The notes below the pieces were generated by a model. That model had not been told where the DNA came from, did no database searches, and worked only from the letters and a program-made list of their open reading frames with translations. Below are positions 61,826 through 64,000 of a DNA stretch of 64,000 nucleotides, one piece after another (within the stretch, counting starts at the first letter, position 1; every line of letters begins with the position of its first letter). The translations under genes were made by a program, and so were the position numbers. This DNA comes from Thalia democratica (taxonomy: Eukaryota): the NCBI GenBank assembly GCA_965202585.1, contig OZ241828.1, forward strand, positions 70,432,001 to 70,496,000, in the 5' to 3' direction.

Positions 61826-63357
61826 AAATTCAAAATACAAAGCACTGTACTAAACAAAGATACAAAAGTTATGCAAAAAAACAAAAAACAGTATGACGTA
61901 ATATTGTACATTACAAATATTCAGTACAAAAATCGATTTACCTTCTAACTAATTAAACAACTAAAATTTACGAAAACAACAGTTAATTGACTATAAAATG
62001 CTTCAAAATTTGTTGTGTTTTAAAAGAAACTTTTTTATATGTCGACAAGACGATATAAATTCGCTTCGCTTATTTAAACAACCTTCCTTTTTTAACGCAT
62101 ACATAACGGCTGTTGATTCTTTTAAGCACAGCCTACAAACAGGGTTGTTACCATCTGCTATTGGCTGTGCTCTTTTTATCACCTCCCAAGTTAATTTAAA
62201 ATCAATGTTTTTGCGCTTAAGGCCGCAAACATACTTCGAAAGCTCAGTTTCATTTTCGTATACACCACCTTTAAAGGATTTTTTATGGTTGGCATACCGA
62301 AATCTGAATTGAGTGGAGCATAGGCCGATGTAGAACTTCTTTTCAAGGTCAGAGTTAACTGTTGCCTTGTAAATAATGTTCTCTGACCGGCAATTGCCCC
62401 CCTTCAAATTGTATTTACAGCCACCGGCGCAATTACACTGATTTTTGATTGAATTACTTTTGTTTAAAATCCTTTGATTATGTGACTTGATTAATCTCTT
62501 CAAATTCGCCATACATGAATAACTGATTCGCATATTATGTTTGTTAAATATCTTTGATAATGGGTTATTTTTGTTGAAATGTTTTTTTACTAGATTTATA
62601 AATTCTCTGCCGATGTTTGTTTTAACTGAAGTACAGAATGGGGGATTATACCAAATTATATTTCGCTTTCTTTTACTTTTATTGGTCGTTTTGTTTTTTT
62701 GCTCCGTTGTTTCAAAACTAAGTTTATCATTGTAACCGCATTTTTTCATTATTAGTTCGTGGCTGTAAATACAATTTGAAGGGGGGCAATTGCCGGTCAG
62801 AGAACATTATTTACAAGGCAACAGTTAACTCTGACCTTGAAAAGAAGTTCTACATCGGCCTATGCTCCACTCAATTCAGATTTCGGTATGCCAACCATAA
62901 AAAATCCTTTAAAGGTGGTGTATACGAAAATGAAACTGAGCTTTCGAAGTATGTTTGCGGCCTTAAGCGCAAAAACATTGATTTTAAATTAACTTGGGAG
63001 GTGATAAAAAGAGCACAGCCAATAGCAGATGGTAACAACCCTGTTTGTAGGCTGTGCTTAAAAGAATCAACAGCCGTTATGTATGCGTTAAAAAAGGAAG
63101 GTTGTTTAAATAAGCGAAGCGAATTTATATCGTCTTGTCGACATATAAAAAAGTTTCTTTTAAAACACAACAAATTTCGAAGCATTTTATAGTCAATTAA
63201 CTGTTGTTTTCGTAAATTTTAGTTGTTTAATTAGTTAGAAGGTAAATCGATTTTTGTACTGAATATTTGTAATGTACAATATTACGTCATACTGTTTTTT
63301 GTTTTTTTGCATAACTTTTGTATCTTTGTTTAGTACAGTGCTTTGTATTTTGAATTT

Positions 63358-63417
63358 AACTGGCTGATGATCAAAGCTTTATGAAAAATTAAAGCTTTGT
63401 GAAACATATGTTCCAGA
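63358..63417 (+). ncRNA. Type I hammerhead ribozyme (PLE-A)
   Basis: Same motif as 36416-36475. Confidence 0.78.
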
Positions 63418-63552
63418 ATTTTTAAAATCGCAATTTGAATAAATTATTTAAAAGCCCTTCAAGTGGGCTCAGTTGAAAGTGTTTACGTTTAAACATTTAC
63501 CTTATTTTATATATATATATATATATATATACACATTTATATACACATACGT

Positions 63553-63970
63553 TTAGCCTGTTTGTAGGCTGTGCTTAAAAGAATCTACAGCCGTTATGTA
63601 TGCGTTAAAAAAAGAAGGTTGTTTAAATAAGAGGAGCGAATTTATATCGTCTTGTCGACATATGAAAAAGCTTCTCTTAAAATACAACAAATTTTGAAGT
63701 ATTTTATAGTCAATTAACTGTTGCTTTCGTTAATTTTGGTTGTTTGATTAGTTAGATGGTAGATCGATTTTTGTACTGAATATTTGTAATGTACAATGTT
63801 CAATTCTTACGTCATATTTTTTTTTGTATTTTTGTAAACTTTTGCATCTTAGTTTACCAAAGTGCTTTCTATTTTAAATTTGAACTGGCTGAAGATTAGA
63901 GACAATCTTTTTTGTCTTTATGAAACATATTTTCCAGAATTTTTAAAATCGTCATTTCAATAAATTATAT
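63553..63970 (+). mobile_element. 3' end / pLTR of PLE subfamily A'
   Basis: VCRLCLKESTAVMYALKKEGCLNKRSEFISSCRHMKKLLLKYNKF* plus a 3' UTR like 34500-34805. Confidence 0.85.
63883..63938 (+). ncRNA. Hammerhead ribozyme (PLE-A') with helix III mutation
   Basis: GAAACATATTTTCCAG: the G that pairs with C15.2 has become T. Confidence 0.55.
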
Positions 63971-64000
63971 ATATACATATATAATAAATTAAAGCTTTGT

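Larger units (their letters stand above)
61737..63510. mobile_element. 5'-truncated PLE family A, long hairpin
   Basis: The minus strand has an intact RT-end + GIY-YIG frame at 62749-62003. The plus arm 62761-63446 mirrors 61737-62430. Almost identical to the 35.2-36.5 kb copy and flanked by (TA)n. Confidence 0.92.

Noticed and set aside
61998-63185. MLQNLLCFK... ORFs (61998-62312, 62871-63185, 35929-36243, 31742-32005) and 5803-6000, 55372-55569, 53898-54149, 47743-47934
   Set aside because: Antisense shadows of the PLE GIY-YIG, HAT exons or CR1 RT.

Overview
Very AT-rich, intron-containing animal genomic DNA. The repeat set (Penelope, RTE, CR1, TA microsatellites) would fit a cnidarian such as Hydra, but that is inference only. 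Splicing the minus strand by hand gives three intact multi-exon genes that the ORF track shows only in fragments. Two are paralogous 10-exon genes (1676-7332 and 52244-56857, about 476-477 aa each). They encode a minimal p300/CBP-type (KAT11) lysine acetyltransferase: RING-PHD-HAT plus a C-terminal basic NLS-like tail, with no bromodomain, TAZ, KIX or ZZ. The third is a divergent 6-exon SIX-class homeobox gene (19972-28400, about 767 aa) with a long Q/N-rich repeat tail. Two nests of Penelope-like retroelements (31.6-39.0 kb and 61.7-64.0 kb) sit mostly in (TA)n tracts. They come from three families, each carrying a type I hammerhead ribozyme with a palindromic helix III; two families share an atypical U.U pair at the base of helix II. 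Also present are a decayed RTE LINE in a SIX intron, a CR1-type RT fragment, several MITE-like elements, an EF-hand pseudogene fragment and an unidentified spliced-gene relic. I saw no rRNA, tRNA or CRISPR array.
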